Positions 19,337 to 28,759 of a stretch of 64,000 nucleotides of DNA are shown here, in pieces. A program made the position numbers and the translations under genes. Origin of the DNA: Candidatus Sumerlaeaceae bacterium (GTDB taxonomy: Bacteria > Sumerlaeota > Sumerlaeia > Sumerlaeales > Sumerlaeaceae); assembly GCA_049968255.1 (NCBI GenBank), contig JBMFRB010000002.1, positions 32,001 to 96,000 on the forward strand. The letters run 5' to 3'. Each line of letters begins with the position of its first letter. Position 1 is the stretch's first letter. Below the pieces are notes generated by a model. That model ran no database searches and was not told the origin of the DNA. It saw only the letters and a program-made list of their open reading frames with translations.

Positions 19337-19618
19337 ATGCGACTTTCGGAAAAACGGATTCAGTTTATCGCGACACAGATCGTTGATGAGTTGCTTGCTC
19401 ACAACGAAATAGCGTATAGCGGCAGCCGTCTGGCTCTTGAAACCGAAGTCGCGCGTATCATCTCGGACGATCTGCGCATTGAAGACGAAATAGACGAAGA
19501 GGTCGTCCAGATGATCTCGAAAATGAAGCGCAACATCCCCCAAGGCAGTGCCGAATGGGATGCCATCTACCAAGAGAAAAAGGCAGAGCTCGCGCGTCGG
19601 CGTAATTACATCTATTGA
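19337..19618 (+). CDS. DUF507 family protein
   Basis: MRLSE.RI and ED.ID.EV..GS.EWD..Y motifs. Confidence 0.8.
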   Translation: MRLSEKRIQFIATQIVDELLAHNEIAYSGSRLALETEVARIISDDLRIEDEIDEEVVQMISKMKRNIPQGSAEWDAIYQEKKAELARRRNYIY

Positions 19619-19706
19619 GTATTCTCAAAAAGCGGCGAGGGCGTCTGGGTGGTTTTCGACGCGCTTGCGCTTTATCTCATCCGACTAAGAGAGGAACAAA
19701 CCTAAC

Positions 19707-20693
19707 ATGGGTGAAGTGAAACGCATTGCAGTGCTGGGGGCGGGGGGACTTGGGCGCAACATGGCCAAGCTGCTTGATAAAAAGCAGGAAATGCGGCTGG
19801 TTGCAATTTGCGACAAAGGCGGCTATGCCTTCGATCCCAATGGCATTGCCTCCGCCAAAATCGAGGCGCTTCGACCAGAGGATTCCGTAGCAAATATCCC
19901 CGTGATTGGGGCACGCTGCGAGGATGCGATCGGTGAATTGCTCAAGAGGCAGGATCAGATCGACGGCGTTTTCATGGCCTTGCCGAACCTTCCGAACGAA
20001 TTTCTTCCGTCCGTCGTCGAACGAATGGCAAAGGAAGGGTTCCAAGGCGTTATGGTAGATGCCCTCAAGCGCACCCGTGCTGTGGAGTGCGTTGTTAGGC
20101 TGAGCGATTTTCTCGCGGGAAAGAAAATCACGTACATTACAGGAGCTGGGGCTACTCCCGGCTTGCTCACCGCTGCGGCGGCGCTGGCAGCTCAGTCATT
20201 TATAGAAGTCGAAAGCGTCGAAATTTACTTTGGTGTGGGTATTTCGAACTGGGATGCCTACAAGGCCACGATCCGCGAAGACATTGCCCACCTCGAGGGA
20301 TTTTCCGTCGAAAAGGTTGCAAGCATGTCCGACGAGGAGATCGAAAAAGAACTCGAGAAGCGCAACGGCATTCTAGAACTCGTCAACATGGAGCATGCTG
20401 ACGATATCATTCTCGAGCTCGCCGGCATTGTCTCACGCGACAAGGTCAAAGTGGGTGGCGTTGTTGACACACGTAAACCCAAAAAGCCTGTTAGCACCAC
20501 CATGAAACTCACAGGCATCACATTCGAAGGCAAACGCAGCACTCACACCTTTACGTTAGGTGATGAAACCAGCATGGCTGCTAACGTGAACGGGCCCGCG
20601 CTAGGTTATATGAAGGCTGGTTTCTGGTATCACAGCAAGGGGCTTCACGGCGTTTTTACGAGTGCCACGGTCATGCCTCTCTGGCCCCAGTGA
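19707..20693 (+). CDS. bioU: BioU (dehydrogenase-like suicide enzyme replacing BioA in biotin synthesis)
   Basis: GAGGLG, ALPNLPN, VDALKRT, GATPGLLTAAA, GVGI.NW.AY.ATIREDIAH, MEHADD and LGDETSMAANV.GPA.GY closely match cyanobacterial BioU as I recall it. Confidence 0.88.
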   Translation: MGEVKRIAVLGAGGLGRNMAKLLDKKQEMRLVAICDKGGYAFDPNGIASAKIEALRPEDSVANIPVIGARCEDAIGELLKRQDQIDGVFMALPNLPNEFLPSVVERMAKEGFQGVMVDALKRTRAVECVVRLSDFLAGKKITYITGAGATPGLLTAAAALAAQSFIEVESVEIYFGVGISNWDAYKATIREDIAHLEGFSVEKVASMSDEEIEKELEKRNGILELVNMEHADDIILELAGIVSRDKVKVGGVVDTRKPKKPVSTTMKLTGITFEGKRSTHTFTLGDETSMAANVNGPALGYMKAGFWYHSKGLHGVFTSATVMPLWPQ

Positions 20694-20706
20694 ACGTGAA
20701 TATGTG

Positions 20707-22047
20707 CTAATTGCTTAGCCTTAGTTCAGAAGTCTCGATTGCTTGAGAGAGAGCCGTCAGCGGTTGGTATCCATCATGCGTCCAGCCGAGTGGCGGCTTC
20801 TGCATTTTTCCGAGCGGACAGATACGGCTTGCTCCCAACTCGTGCGCGATTGCAAGCCATTCGTCGCGCGCGGCGCTTACTCCAAGAGTGTTGATGTGGC
20901 CCCGATGGGGGAGCAGTATCTTTGCCAGGGCTGCGGTGTTTGCAAAAGGACGAAGGATGACCGTCCTGTTGACTGGTGGCAGCCAAAACGGTTCCAATGA
21001 GCGGATCGCCACCAGAAATGGATCGTCGAACTTGGAGATAAGTTTCGCATGTTGATCGACCGGCTGGCGCGCGGTCCGCGATTGTGCCGCTGCCATGTGG
21101 ATGAGAGTCTCTTCCCTTTCGCGCGTCTGTGCCACCGCCTCTTCTAATGCCAAAGGATGCCGCGGTAGTTTCACACTAAGTTTTCGCATGTCTTGGGCAA
21201 TTTGCTCGGCAAGTTCGCACACAAACCTTTGACTCCGCGTGCGGACAAAAAGCGTCCGCGGCGAGAGGCACCCCTGCTGGTCATAGACGCAAAAATCGTA
21301 AGCGATGCGTTTGGCAAACCTGGCGAGCGATTGGACACTGCTGACATCGCGCTCATCGAGCAGAGCAAAGCTGATTTTATGGCCATGCCCGAGAAATGGT
21401 TTGTGTAAAGAAGTGAGGCCACGCACGGACTCCACAGCGGTATCGTCGCCGAATGCCACCACCGCATCAGCCGATGCGACGGCGGTAAGGAGAATTTCTT
21501 GCGCCTCGTGAGGGCACCAGAAACAAAATGTTGCGCGTGTGAAGACTGGATCCACTTCGGCGAGCGCAGAGCACCACAGCGTTGGGAAGTGGAGATCTAT
21601 GGAAGACGTGCGTACCAGATTGCACGCCCCGACAAGAGTGGCAAGGATAAGCGACTCCCAGCCAGAAACAAAAACATTGCCTGCCAGATTGTGGAAAACG
21701 ATGCGCGGCAAGGTTCGCCGAAGGTGAGGCGTGCGCCCCAGTTGTTGCCGGCGCAGTTTCTCCAATTTTGCAACACTGATTGGACCAAGTAAGTTGTTAA
21801 TGGCCTCCGCCACCATCGGCCCCGACATGCCTATTCGATCAGCAAGTGCCACTGCTCGCTGGTGATACATGCTCTCCTTGTTGAGAAAAAGCCTCGCTGC
21901 CGCAGCAACCGCTGCAGGCGCTCTATCCCAGAGCTCGGTAGCATAGCGTTCGTGCCACTGACGCAAGCACGATACCTCTTGCTGCAGGGCAGGTGCAGTG
22001 ATTCCTACGAAGTTCATTGTACTTTTTCCATCAGAGCACGTCCGCAT
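20707..22047 (-). CDS. Acyl-CoA reductase (LuxC family)
   Basis: FH.LAGNV, ADAVVAFG.D, HGHKISF, catalytic YDQQGCLSP, and RICP.GKMQ.P...W.HDG; start may be 22017. Confidence 0.87.
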   Translation of the reverse strand: MRTCSDGKSTMNFVGITAPALQQEVSCLRQWHERYATELWDRAPAAVAAAARLFLNKESMYHQRAVALADRIGMSGPMVAEAINNLLGPISVAKLEKLRRQQLGRTPHLRRTLPRIVFHNLAGNVFVSGWESLILATLVGACNLVRTSSIDLHFPTLWCSALAEVDPVFTRATFCFWCPHEAQEILLTAVASADAVVAFGDDTAVESVRGLTSLHKPFLGHGHKISFALLDERDVSSVQSLARFAKRIAYDFCVYDQQGCLSPRTLFVRTRSQRFVCELAEQIAQDMRKLSVKLPRHPLALEEAVAQTREREETLIHMAAAQSRTARQPVDQHAKLISKFDDPFLVAIRSLEPFWLPPVNRTVILRPFANTAALAKILLPHRGHINTLGVSAARDEWLAIAHELGASRICPLGKMQKPPLGWTHDGYQPLTALSQAIETSELRLSN

Positions 22048-22213
22048 GGTTATGCTCGCCTAGTTCCTTCTTCGATCAAGCGCGTACCCCACAACGTCAT
22101 TAGGTCATGTTCACTGCGGAAACGTTGTTGAAATCACAAAACCGAATTTCACTGCTAGTCACCCGATAACTACATTCAGAGTTATCTCATGCCCTAGCCA
22201 GAATAGGAGACAA

Positions 22214-22840
22214 ATGTTTACCGGAATCATTGAAGAAATGGGACGTATTCAGAGAATCGTGCCATTGCGCGAAGCGGTGGAACTCACGGTCGCCTGTAAA
22301 CAATCGCTCGAAGGTATGCGCTTGGGGGATTCGGTTGCGGTGGATGGGATCTGTCTGACGGTCACAGTGTTCGATTCCGAGACCTTCACTGCCCTAGCTT
22401 CCGCCGAAACGTTGCGGCGCACCAGCCTTGGCGAGAAAAAGGTTGGCGACTACGTGAATCTCGAGAACCCGCTGACTTTGGCCAAAAAGCTAAGTGGACA
22501 CCTGGTGCAAGGGCATGTTGACGGTACAGCACTCGTTGATTCAGTGGTTCCTGAGGGCGAATCCCAAATGTGGAAGTTCCGTTTGCAACCCGAGCTCGCA
22601 AAGTATCTTGTGCCAAAAGGTTCTGTGGCCGTGGATGGGATAAGCCTGACGGTTGTGGAAGCCGCGCGAGATTACTTTACTGTCGCGATTATTCCCAAGA
22701 CGTTGGCCGTGACGACGCTCCAATTCCGCCAGCCAGGCGACAGGGTGAACGTGGAGGTGGATCTCATCGGGAAATATGTTTACCGGTACCTGCATCCTGA
22801 GGAGATCGAGTCCGCAGGTCTAGAGACCTCAAGCTACTGA
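22214..22840 (+). CDS. ribE: Riboflavin synthase (alpha chain)
   Basis: MFTGII, GDSVAVDGICLTV, GHLVQGHVDG, KGSVAVDGISLTV and VNVEVD motifs; AGGAG SD. Confidence 0.97.
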   Translation: MFTGIIEEMGRIQRIVPLREAVELTVACKQSLEGMRLGDSVAVDGICLTVTVFDSETFTALASAETLRRTSLGEKKVGDYVNLENPLTLAKKLSGHLVQGHVDGTALVDSVVPEGESQMWKFRLQPELAKYLVPKGSVAVDGISLTVVEAARDYFTVAIIPKTLAVTTLQFRQPGDRVNVEVDLIGKYVYRYLHPEEIESAGLETSSY

Positions 22841-22854
22841 ATATTGAGTGATAA

Positions 22855-24126
22855 GTGATGGGCGAACAAGGACCTAACGAGGAAAAAGTGACAGGACTCA
22901 AATCCCAAGTGTCAGAGCAGCGGAGCGATGTTTTCACTCCTATCGACGAAGCTATAGAGCGCTACCGGCGTGGTGAAATTCTCATACTCGTGGACGATGA
23001 GGACCGGGAAAATGAGGGGGATCTTGTTTTTGCGGCGGAGCATGTCACTCCGGAAAAAATCAATTTTTTGGCCAAGTACGGCCGAGGATTGATTTGTTTG
23101 GCCACCACACGTCAGCGTCTTGAGGAACTTGGATTGCGTCCTCTCGTGACGAGAAATACCTCAAGATTTGGAACCAATTTCTACGAGCCGGTGGACGCTG
23201 TAAAAGGGACAACGACGGGTATTTCTGCTGCTGATCGCGCGACCACGATTGCTGTTTTTCTTGACCCAAATGCCCGCCCCGAGGACCTGGCAAAGCCGGG
23301 CCACATGCAGACGCTTGGCGCTCGCGACGGCGGCGTCCTCGAAAGAGCCGGCCAAACCGAAGGCGTTGTGGATTTGGCTAAGCTTGCCGGCCTTTATCCC
23401 GCTGGTGTGCTCTGCGAGATCATGAACGACGATGGCACCATGGCGCGCATGCCGCAACTCGAGGTATTTGCGCGTCAGCATAGACTGAAAATTGTCACGA
23501 TCCGTGACATTATTGAGTATCGCCTGCGCACGGAGAAACTCGTTCGCTGCGTTGTCACTGTGCCGCTGCGCAACTGGTACGGCGAATGGCAGCTGTCTTA
23601 TTATGAGGCATGGAATGGTGAAGGGCACTTGGCGCTGGTGATGGGCGATCTCAAAACTAAGTCCGACGAAGGCGTCTTGGTGCGCGTCCATTCCCAGTGC
23701 TTTACTGGCGACACCTTAGGTTCAATGCGATGCGACTGCGGTCCGCAACTTCACTCCGCCATGAAGAAAATCGCGGAAGAAGGCGTTGGGGTGATTCTCT
23801 ACCTTCACCAGGAAGGACGGGGTATTGGGTTGAAAAACAAGCTCATTGCCTATCACCTTCAGGACGCAGGACTCGACACGGTCGAGGCAAATGAAGCGCT
23901 CGGTTTCAAGGCGGATCTGCGGGAGTATGGCATTGGCGCACAAATCCTTAAGGACCTCGGGCTGACACGCATTCGCTTGATGACAAACAACCCCAAAAAA
24001 ATCGTGGGGCTCAGCGCCTACAAAATTGAAGTGGTGGATCGCGTTCCCTTGGTCGCCGGACGCCACGCGTACAATGAAGCCTATCTTCTCACCAAGCGCG
24101 ACAAATTAGGGCATCTCATCGATTGA
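22855..24126 (+). CDS. ribBA: Bifunctional DHBP synthase / GTP cyclohydrolase II
   Basis: [43 protein letters not shown] and TNNP.K motifs. Confidence 0.97.
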   Translation: MMGEQGPNEEKVTGLKSQVSEQRSDVFTPIDEAIERYRRGEILILVDDEDRENEGDLVFAAEHVTPEKINFLAKYGRGLICLATTRQRLEELGLRPLVTRNTSRFGTNFYEPVDAVKGTTTGISAADRATTIAVFLDPNARPEDLAKPGHMQTLGARDGGVLERAGQTEGVVDLAKLAGLYPAGVLCEIMNDDGTMARMPQLEVFARQHRLKIVTIRDIIEYRLRTEKLVRCVVTVPLRNWYGEWQLSYYEAWNGEGHLALVMGDLKTKSDEGVLVRVHSQCFTGDTLGSMRCDCGPQLHSAMKKIAEEGVGVILYLHQEGRGIGLKNKLIAYHLQDAGLDTVEANEALGFKADLREYGIGAQILKDLGLTRIRLMTNNPKKIVGLSAYKIEVVDRVPLVAGRHAYNEAYLLTKRDKLGHLID

Positions 24127-24161
24127 CTTTCACCCGCGACAGTAAGACAGCCGACCTTCTC

Positions 24162-24944
24162 CTAGGGGTGTTGCGAAGGCGGGATTTTCTCAAGCCTAGC
24201 GGAGCGTTTATGAATAACGGCATAGACGTGAGTCACAAGCCCGAAAAGAACGTAGATCGAAAAACCCGCGAACACCAAGGCGGGGATATAATTTTTTAGC
24301 AAGTAGATGATTGCCACCACCACAACAATAAGTGGCAAAATGTCGAATTGCCGGCGGTGCTCCAGACGCAATTGTTTCAAGCTAGGGTAGTTGATCGTGC
24401 TTACCATGAGATAAGAGATCAGCACCATAAGCACGGGCAAGATCTTGAGCACAAATTCGATATTCCAGTCGGGATCGAGCCACTGAAAAAACAGAAAGCT
24501 CGACACAATGACACCTGCTGCTGCTGGTATCGGCAACCCCGTGAAGCTCAGCTTTTCTATTCGTGACTTCTGCACGTTGTAGCGTGCCAGACGAAGTGCT
24601 CCGCAGACGACAAACAGCGCAGCAATGACTTCTGCAGCGTGGCGATTTTCCATCTCAATCAGCCGTGTGTATATAAGAACAGCTGGCGCCACGCCGAAAG
24701 CCACTAGATCCGCCAGCGAATCGAATTGGACACCGAAAGCGCTTTCGGTGCGCGTCATGCGCGCCACCCATCCGTCAAAGAAATCGAGAACGGCCGAAGC
24801 AAGAATAAGCCAGCACGAGATTTCGTAGCGGTAAGGTTCTGACTCGGCCGATTCCGCCACGTTGAAAACATTGAGAATTGCAAATACCCCGCAAAAAAGG
24901 CTCGCGCCTGTAAACAAGTTAGGTAAAAGGTAGACTTTTCTCAT
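24162..24944 (-). CDS. pssA: CDP-diacylglycerol--serine O-phosphatidyltransferase
   Basis: LPNLFT, D.FDG.VAR...S.FG.QFDSLAD..FGVAP, RLARYN and F.GLPIPAAA motifs. Confidence 0.95.
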   Translation of the reverse strand: MRKVYLLPNLFTGASLFCGVFAILNVFNVAESAESEPYRYEISCWLILASAVLDFFDGWVARMTRTESAFGVQFDSLADLVAFGVAPAVLIYTRLIEMENRHAAEVIAALFVVCGALRLARYNVQKSRIEKLSFTGLPIPAAAGVIVSSFLFFQWLDPDWNIEFVLKILPVLMVLISYLMVSTINYPSLKQLRLEHRRQFDILPLIVVVVAIIYLLKNYIPALVFAGFSIYVLFGLVTHVYAVIHKRSARLEKIPPSQHP

Positions 24945-24947
24945 TGA

Positions 24948-25652
24948 TTACGACTTACCTGTGGGATTCTCGTCGCGTTGCAGCGTTCGTCTTAAAAGTA
25001 CCGTGCTCCTACCGCGGACCTTATCGCCGTATTGAACGCACGGCCTGTAAATCGTCGGCGCAAGAACTTCAACCCTGCTGCCAAAGCGTATGAGGCCGAT
25101 GGTCTCTCCGCGTTGAACTTGGTCCTGCGCCTCGAGCGGCGATACAATGCGGCGCGCAATCAGACCGGCAACCAGTTTCACAATGATTGGTTCTCCTGCC
25201 GACGTGCGTAGGTAAAGGATTTTTCGCTCGTTTTCCTCGCTGGATTTGTCCTCCATCGCATTGAGGAACCGGCCTGGAAAGTACTCTGTTTTTTCGACCA
25301 CTGCGTCGCACGGTGCCCAGTTGATGTGCACGTCAAAAAGCGACATGAATATGGCCACACGCATAGCTTGGCCACCAGGGAAGTGCGGATGCGCAACCTG
25401 GCTCACCGCGACAACTGTGCCGTCAGCCGGACATACCAAAGCATGCTCCTCGGAGGGCACAGGGCGTTGAGGATGCCGAAAAAACCATGCAATGTAGCCG
25501 CTGACGAGAAGCGAGAGCACGGAGAGAAAAAAACAAATTGCATGCGGCGGCAGCCAGACTCCTGCGGCAAACAAGAGCAAGGCCGTCACCAGCGAAATGA
25601 GCAAAAACGGTTGGGCCTCGCGTGCAATGGGGTGCGTCGTGGAAAATTTCAT
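24948..25652 (-). CDS. psd: Phosphatidylserine decarboxylase proenzyme
   Basis: FFR.P.R, PADG, IFMS.FDVH.N, NER, AGLIARRI and GLIRFGSRV self-cleavage motif. Confidence 0.95.
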   Translation of the reverse strand: MKFSTTHPIAREAQPFLLISLVTALLLFAAGVWLPPHAICFFLSVLSLLVSGYIAWFFRHPQRPVPSEEHALVCPADGTVVAVSQVAHPHFPGGQAMRVAIFMSLFDVHINWAPCDAVVEKTEYFPGRFLNAMEDKSSEENERKILYLRTSAGEPIIVKLVAGLIARRIVSPLEAQDQVQRGETIGLIRFGSRVEVLAPTIYRPCVQYGDKVRGRSTVLLRRTLQRDENPTGKS

Positions 25653-25655
25653 GGT

Positions 25656-27446
25656 TTAGCGCTTTCCCTGTTTTTTGCGAGTGTGTTTCGTCGCCCCGTT
25701 GTCCTTGGATTCCCGGCTAGCTTGACCGCGCCCTGGCTGGGTTGCGGTTGCCTCAAGATCAAGTTCGTTTGAGTCGCTCTGCGACGGCTCGGGCTGATCA
25801 TGCCCAGCAACAGAGGCGCTCACTTCCGTCATGGTAGGTGTGAGTGTTGTTTCTGGCGGTTTTGCATCGCCAGCATAGCGTGCGTTCGAACTCGACCGCC
25901 GATACAGGCGGATATTTGCAAGGTGCTCTTCATACGTTTCGGCAAAAGCATGCGAGCCATCGCCTTTGTAGACGTAATATAGATAATTTGTGCGCGCGGG
26001 CTGAAAGGTGGCTATCAGCGAACTGATGTGAGGATTGCAGATTGGGCCAGGTGGCAGCCCTTTGTGCAAGTATGTGTTATAAGCGCTACTCGTCTGCAGG
26101 TCCGCATAGGTGAGCCGCTTACCCCAGTCGCCGAGTGCATAATTTACTGCCGCGTCAATTTCTAGCTTCATCCCTTTCTTGAGGCGGTTGAAGATCACTG
26201 AAGCGATCAGGGGGCGCTCCGTGTCCAAGCGCGCCTCTCTTTCAATAAGCGAGGCCATGATGACGTGTTCGTGGAAACTTAAGGTGTCGCTGGTTTCCGT
26301 GCGTTCGATATTGGCAAGCGATGCTTCAGCTCGTTTGATGAAGTTCTCCACCATCATTCGGATGATGTCTTCTTCCTTCATGCCCGGTGCAAAGAAGTAA
26401 GTGTCGGGATAGAGATACCCCTCCAGCGAGGGCACCGAGAGTCCAAGCTTGGCGATGAAGTCGGGGTCATGAACCAGTGCTAAAAATTTCTCTTGGCTGA
26501 AGGAATCCAACTTTCGGCTGATAATGACTGCCGTTTCCTTCGCCGTTTTGCCTTCAGGGATAGTGACCTTAAAATCTTGCGAGCCTTCGATGAGCTTGTC
26601 GTAGATCTGGCTGAGGCTCATGCTTGAGTTCAGCCGGTAAACGCCACTTTTGATTTTGTTTGAGTTGTTGTTTAGCCAGGCTAAGTACTTGAGCAAAATT
26701 CCATCGTCGACGCCGAGGTACGAACCCAGCAATCCCTCTGCCCGCAGCTTTTCGATGATATGAGACAGTCTCTCCCCTGGTGCCACGGTGAGAACAACCG
26801 TCTGGTTCGTGTCAAACTGAATGTTGTAAAGGCGGTCCGAAGCGTAGCGGTAATAGAGTGCTGTAAAAATAATAAGCGCGAATACGCTTGCGACAATAAG
26901 CCACCAAAAGAGGTTCACGAGTTGGCCAAAAAACGATCGTTTTCTGCGCTGCTTGCTGGCGGGAACCTCTTGCGTTTCTTCACAAGGGGGCAAGATGCGG
27001 TGGGCTACTGAGGGAAAGGTTGGCGATGTGCCGCCGCTTGCAACCGCTTCCTCTTGAGCCGTTGGCGGTGGAGAGGTTTCCTGCACGGGGGGTGCGACGG
27101 CGCCGAAGGACACTTCTGATGGTTGGAAGGACGCAGGCCCATTGGCGCCATTCTTGTTATCACCTAACTGCGCTGCTGAGGCGTTCTCTGCCGCGACAGA
27201 TGTGATAGGGGGGGAGGATGCCTCGCGTTGGTTCGGCTCTGGCTCGTGGCCAAAGGCGCGATCCCGATTTTGTTCCATTGCTACCGGCGGTACAATGTTG
27301 GGGTCTTCATCCTGCCAAAAAGCCACGGGCAACTCTGCTGTCTCATCCGGCTCAGGCGACGCCGGAACCTTCGCCCCCGGCTGTGGCTCGCTCGTCGGTT
27401 CGGCAGCATTTCCCGTGGGTTTATTTTGTCTGTTTTTCTCGTCCAA
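25656..27446 (-). CDS. mltG: Endolytic transglycosylase MltG with long low-complexity N- and C-terminal extensions
   Basis: TM helix, TIPEG, LEGYLYPDTY, ASLIERE, IASV.FNRL, YNTY..GLPPGPI.NP and H.FAETY.EH motifs. Confidence 0.93.
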   Translation of the reverse strand: MDEKNRQNKPTGNAAEPTSEPQPGAKVPASPEPDETAELPVAFWQDEDPNIVPPVAMEQNRDRAFGHEPEPNQREASSPPITSVAAENASAAQLGDNKNGANGPASFQPSEVSFGAVAPPVQETSPPPTAQEEAVASGGTSPTFPSVAHRILPPCEETQEVPASKQRRKRSFFGQLVNLFWWLIVASVFALIIFTALYYRYASDRLYNIQFDTNQTVVLTVAPGERLSHIIEKLRAEGLLGSYLGVDDGILLKYLAWLNNNSNKIKSGVYRLNSSMSLSQIYDKLIEGSQDFKVTIPEGKTAKETAVIISRKLDSFSQEKFLALVHDPDFIAKLGLSVPSLEGYLYPDTYFFAPGMKEEDIIRMMVENFIKRAEASLANIERTETSDTLSFHEHVIMASLIEREARLDTERPLIASVIFNRLKKGMKLEIDAAVNYALGDWGKRLTYADLQTSSAYNTYLHKGLPPGPICNPHISSLIATFQPARTNYLYYVYKGDGSHAFAETYEEHLANIRLYRRSSSNARYAGDAKPPETTLTPTMTEVSASVAGHDQPEPSQSDSNELDLEATATQPGRGQASRESKDNGATKHTRKKQGKR

Positions 27447-27589
27447 TGAAGCAGCTCTCCTCGCTCGGGAGGTGGAAGTGGAATTGCGTCACTTCAACGT
27501 GTTTGCGCTGTTACACTCTTCTTTTCATTGACGCCACTCCAGCACCTTTGTAGCAATTTCTATTCACAAGCGTGAAGGGACACAAGAGA

Positions 27590-28759
27590 ATGCTCAAGCG
27601 CGTTGAATTAGAACAGCTCGAATACCAGATTCTTGCACCTTATGCGATGAAAAGTGCGGAAACGCTGGGACGGGATTACCCACTCGAGCCCGATGAATTT
27701 CGCACGGAGTTCCAGCGCGATCGGGATCGTATTATCCATTCCACCGCTTTCCGAAAACTTGAATACAAGACGCAGGTCTACATGGTTCACTACGGCGACT
27801 ACTTCCGCACCCGCCTGACTCATACGATGGAAGTGGCGCAAATCGCACGGACTCTGGCGCGTAGCCTGCGCCTTAATGGGGATCTTACGGAGGCGATCGC
27901 TCTTGCTCACGATCTGGGGCATACTCCATTTGGCCATAGCGGGGAAATTGCGCTAAAGCGACTGCTCCAAGGGGAAGCCGGCTTCGAGCACAACGAACAA
28001 GGTCTACGCGTCGTCGAGTATCTTGAAGAACGTTATCCCGATGTCCCAGGTTTGAACCTGACATGGGAAGTTCGAGAGGGAATCATCAAACATGACACAG
28101 AGTATGATTCGCCTCATGTGCCGGAGCGTTTCAAGCCGAATTGGGCGCCCACACTCGAAGCCCAGGTGTGCGACGTTGCGGATGAGATCGCTTATAACAA
28201 CCACGATATAGATGATGCGCTGAAGATGGGACTCATCGCGGTGAAGGATCTTCGCGAAGTCGAGTGGGTGTGGGAGATTTTTCAACAGGCCAGGAAAGAG
28301 GTCGGGGACGAGCGCCCAGAAAAGTTCGTCAAATATCGTGCAATCGGCACCCTCATTGACATGCAGGTCGCCGATGCACTGCGCACGACGATGCAGAACA
28401 TCGAGCGACTAAAAATCAGCTCTGTTCAAGATGTGCGCCACTGCAAGCAAAAGATTGTCTCCATGAGCAAAGAGATGCTGGAAAAAAATCGTGTGCTGAA
28501 AGACTTCTTGATGCGGCGAGTCTATCGGCATCCGTATGTTGTGCGCATGGCCACAAAAGCAGAACGTTTCATCGAAAAGATGTTCCTCCTCTATCGCAAC
28601 ACGCCAGAGCAGCTACCGCTAAAATATCAGGCTCGGATCGAGCGCGACGGCCTCGTGCGCGTCATTGTGGATTACCTCAGTGGAATGACCGACCGCTATC
28701 TGCTCGACGAATACATCAAGGCTTTCGAGCCAGAGGAGAAATTTCTCGGGCGCCTATGA
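27590..28759 (+). CDS. dgt: Deoxyguanosinetriphosphate triphosphohydrolase (HD family)
   Basis: FQRDRDRIIHS.AFR.L.YKTQV, RTRLTH, HDLGH.PFGH.GE, ADEIAY..HD and DY.SGMTD motifs. Confidence 0.95.
   Translation: MLKRVELEQLEYQILAPYAMKSAETLGRDYPLEPDEFRTEFQRDRDRIIHSTAFRKLEYKTQVYMVHYGDYFRTRLTHTMEVAQIARTLARSLRLNGDLTEAIALAHDLGHTPFGHSGEIALKRLLQGEAGFEHNEQGLRVVEYLEERYPDVPGLNLTWEVREGIIKHDTEYDSPHVPERFKPNWAPTLEAQVCDVADEIAYNNHDIDDALKMGLIAVKDLREVEWVWEIFQQARKEVGDERPEKFVKYRAIGTLIDMQVADALRTTMQNIERLKISSVQDVRHCKQKIVSMSKEMLEKNRVLKDFLMRRVYRHPYVVRMATKAERFIEKMFLLYRNTPEQLPLKYQARIERDGLVRVIVDYLSGMTDRYLLDEYIKAFEPEEKFLGRL

Noticed and set aside
22048-22213. FMN riboswitch upstream of ribE-ribBA
   Set aside because: The conserved RFN motifs (GGGCAGGGTGAAATTCCC.ACCGGCGGT) are absent.
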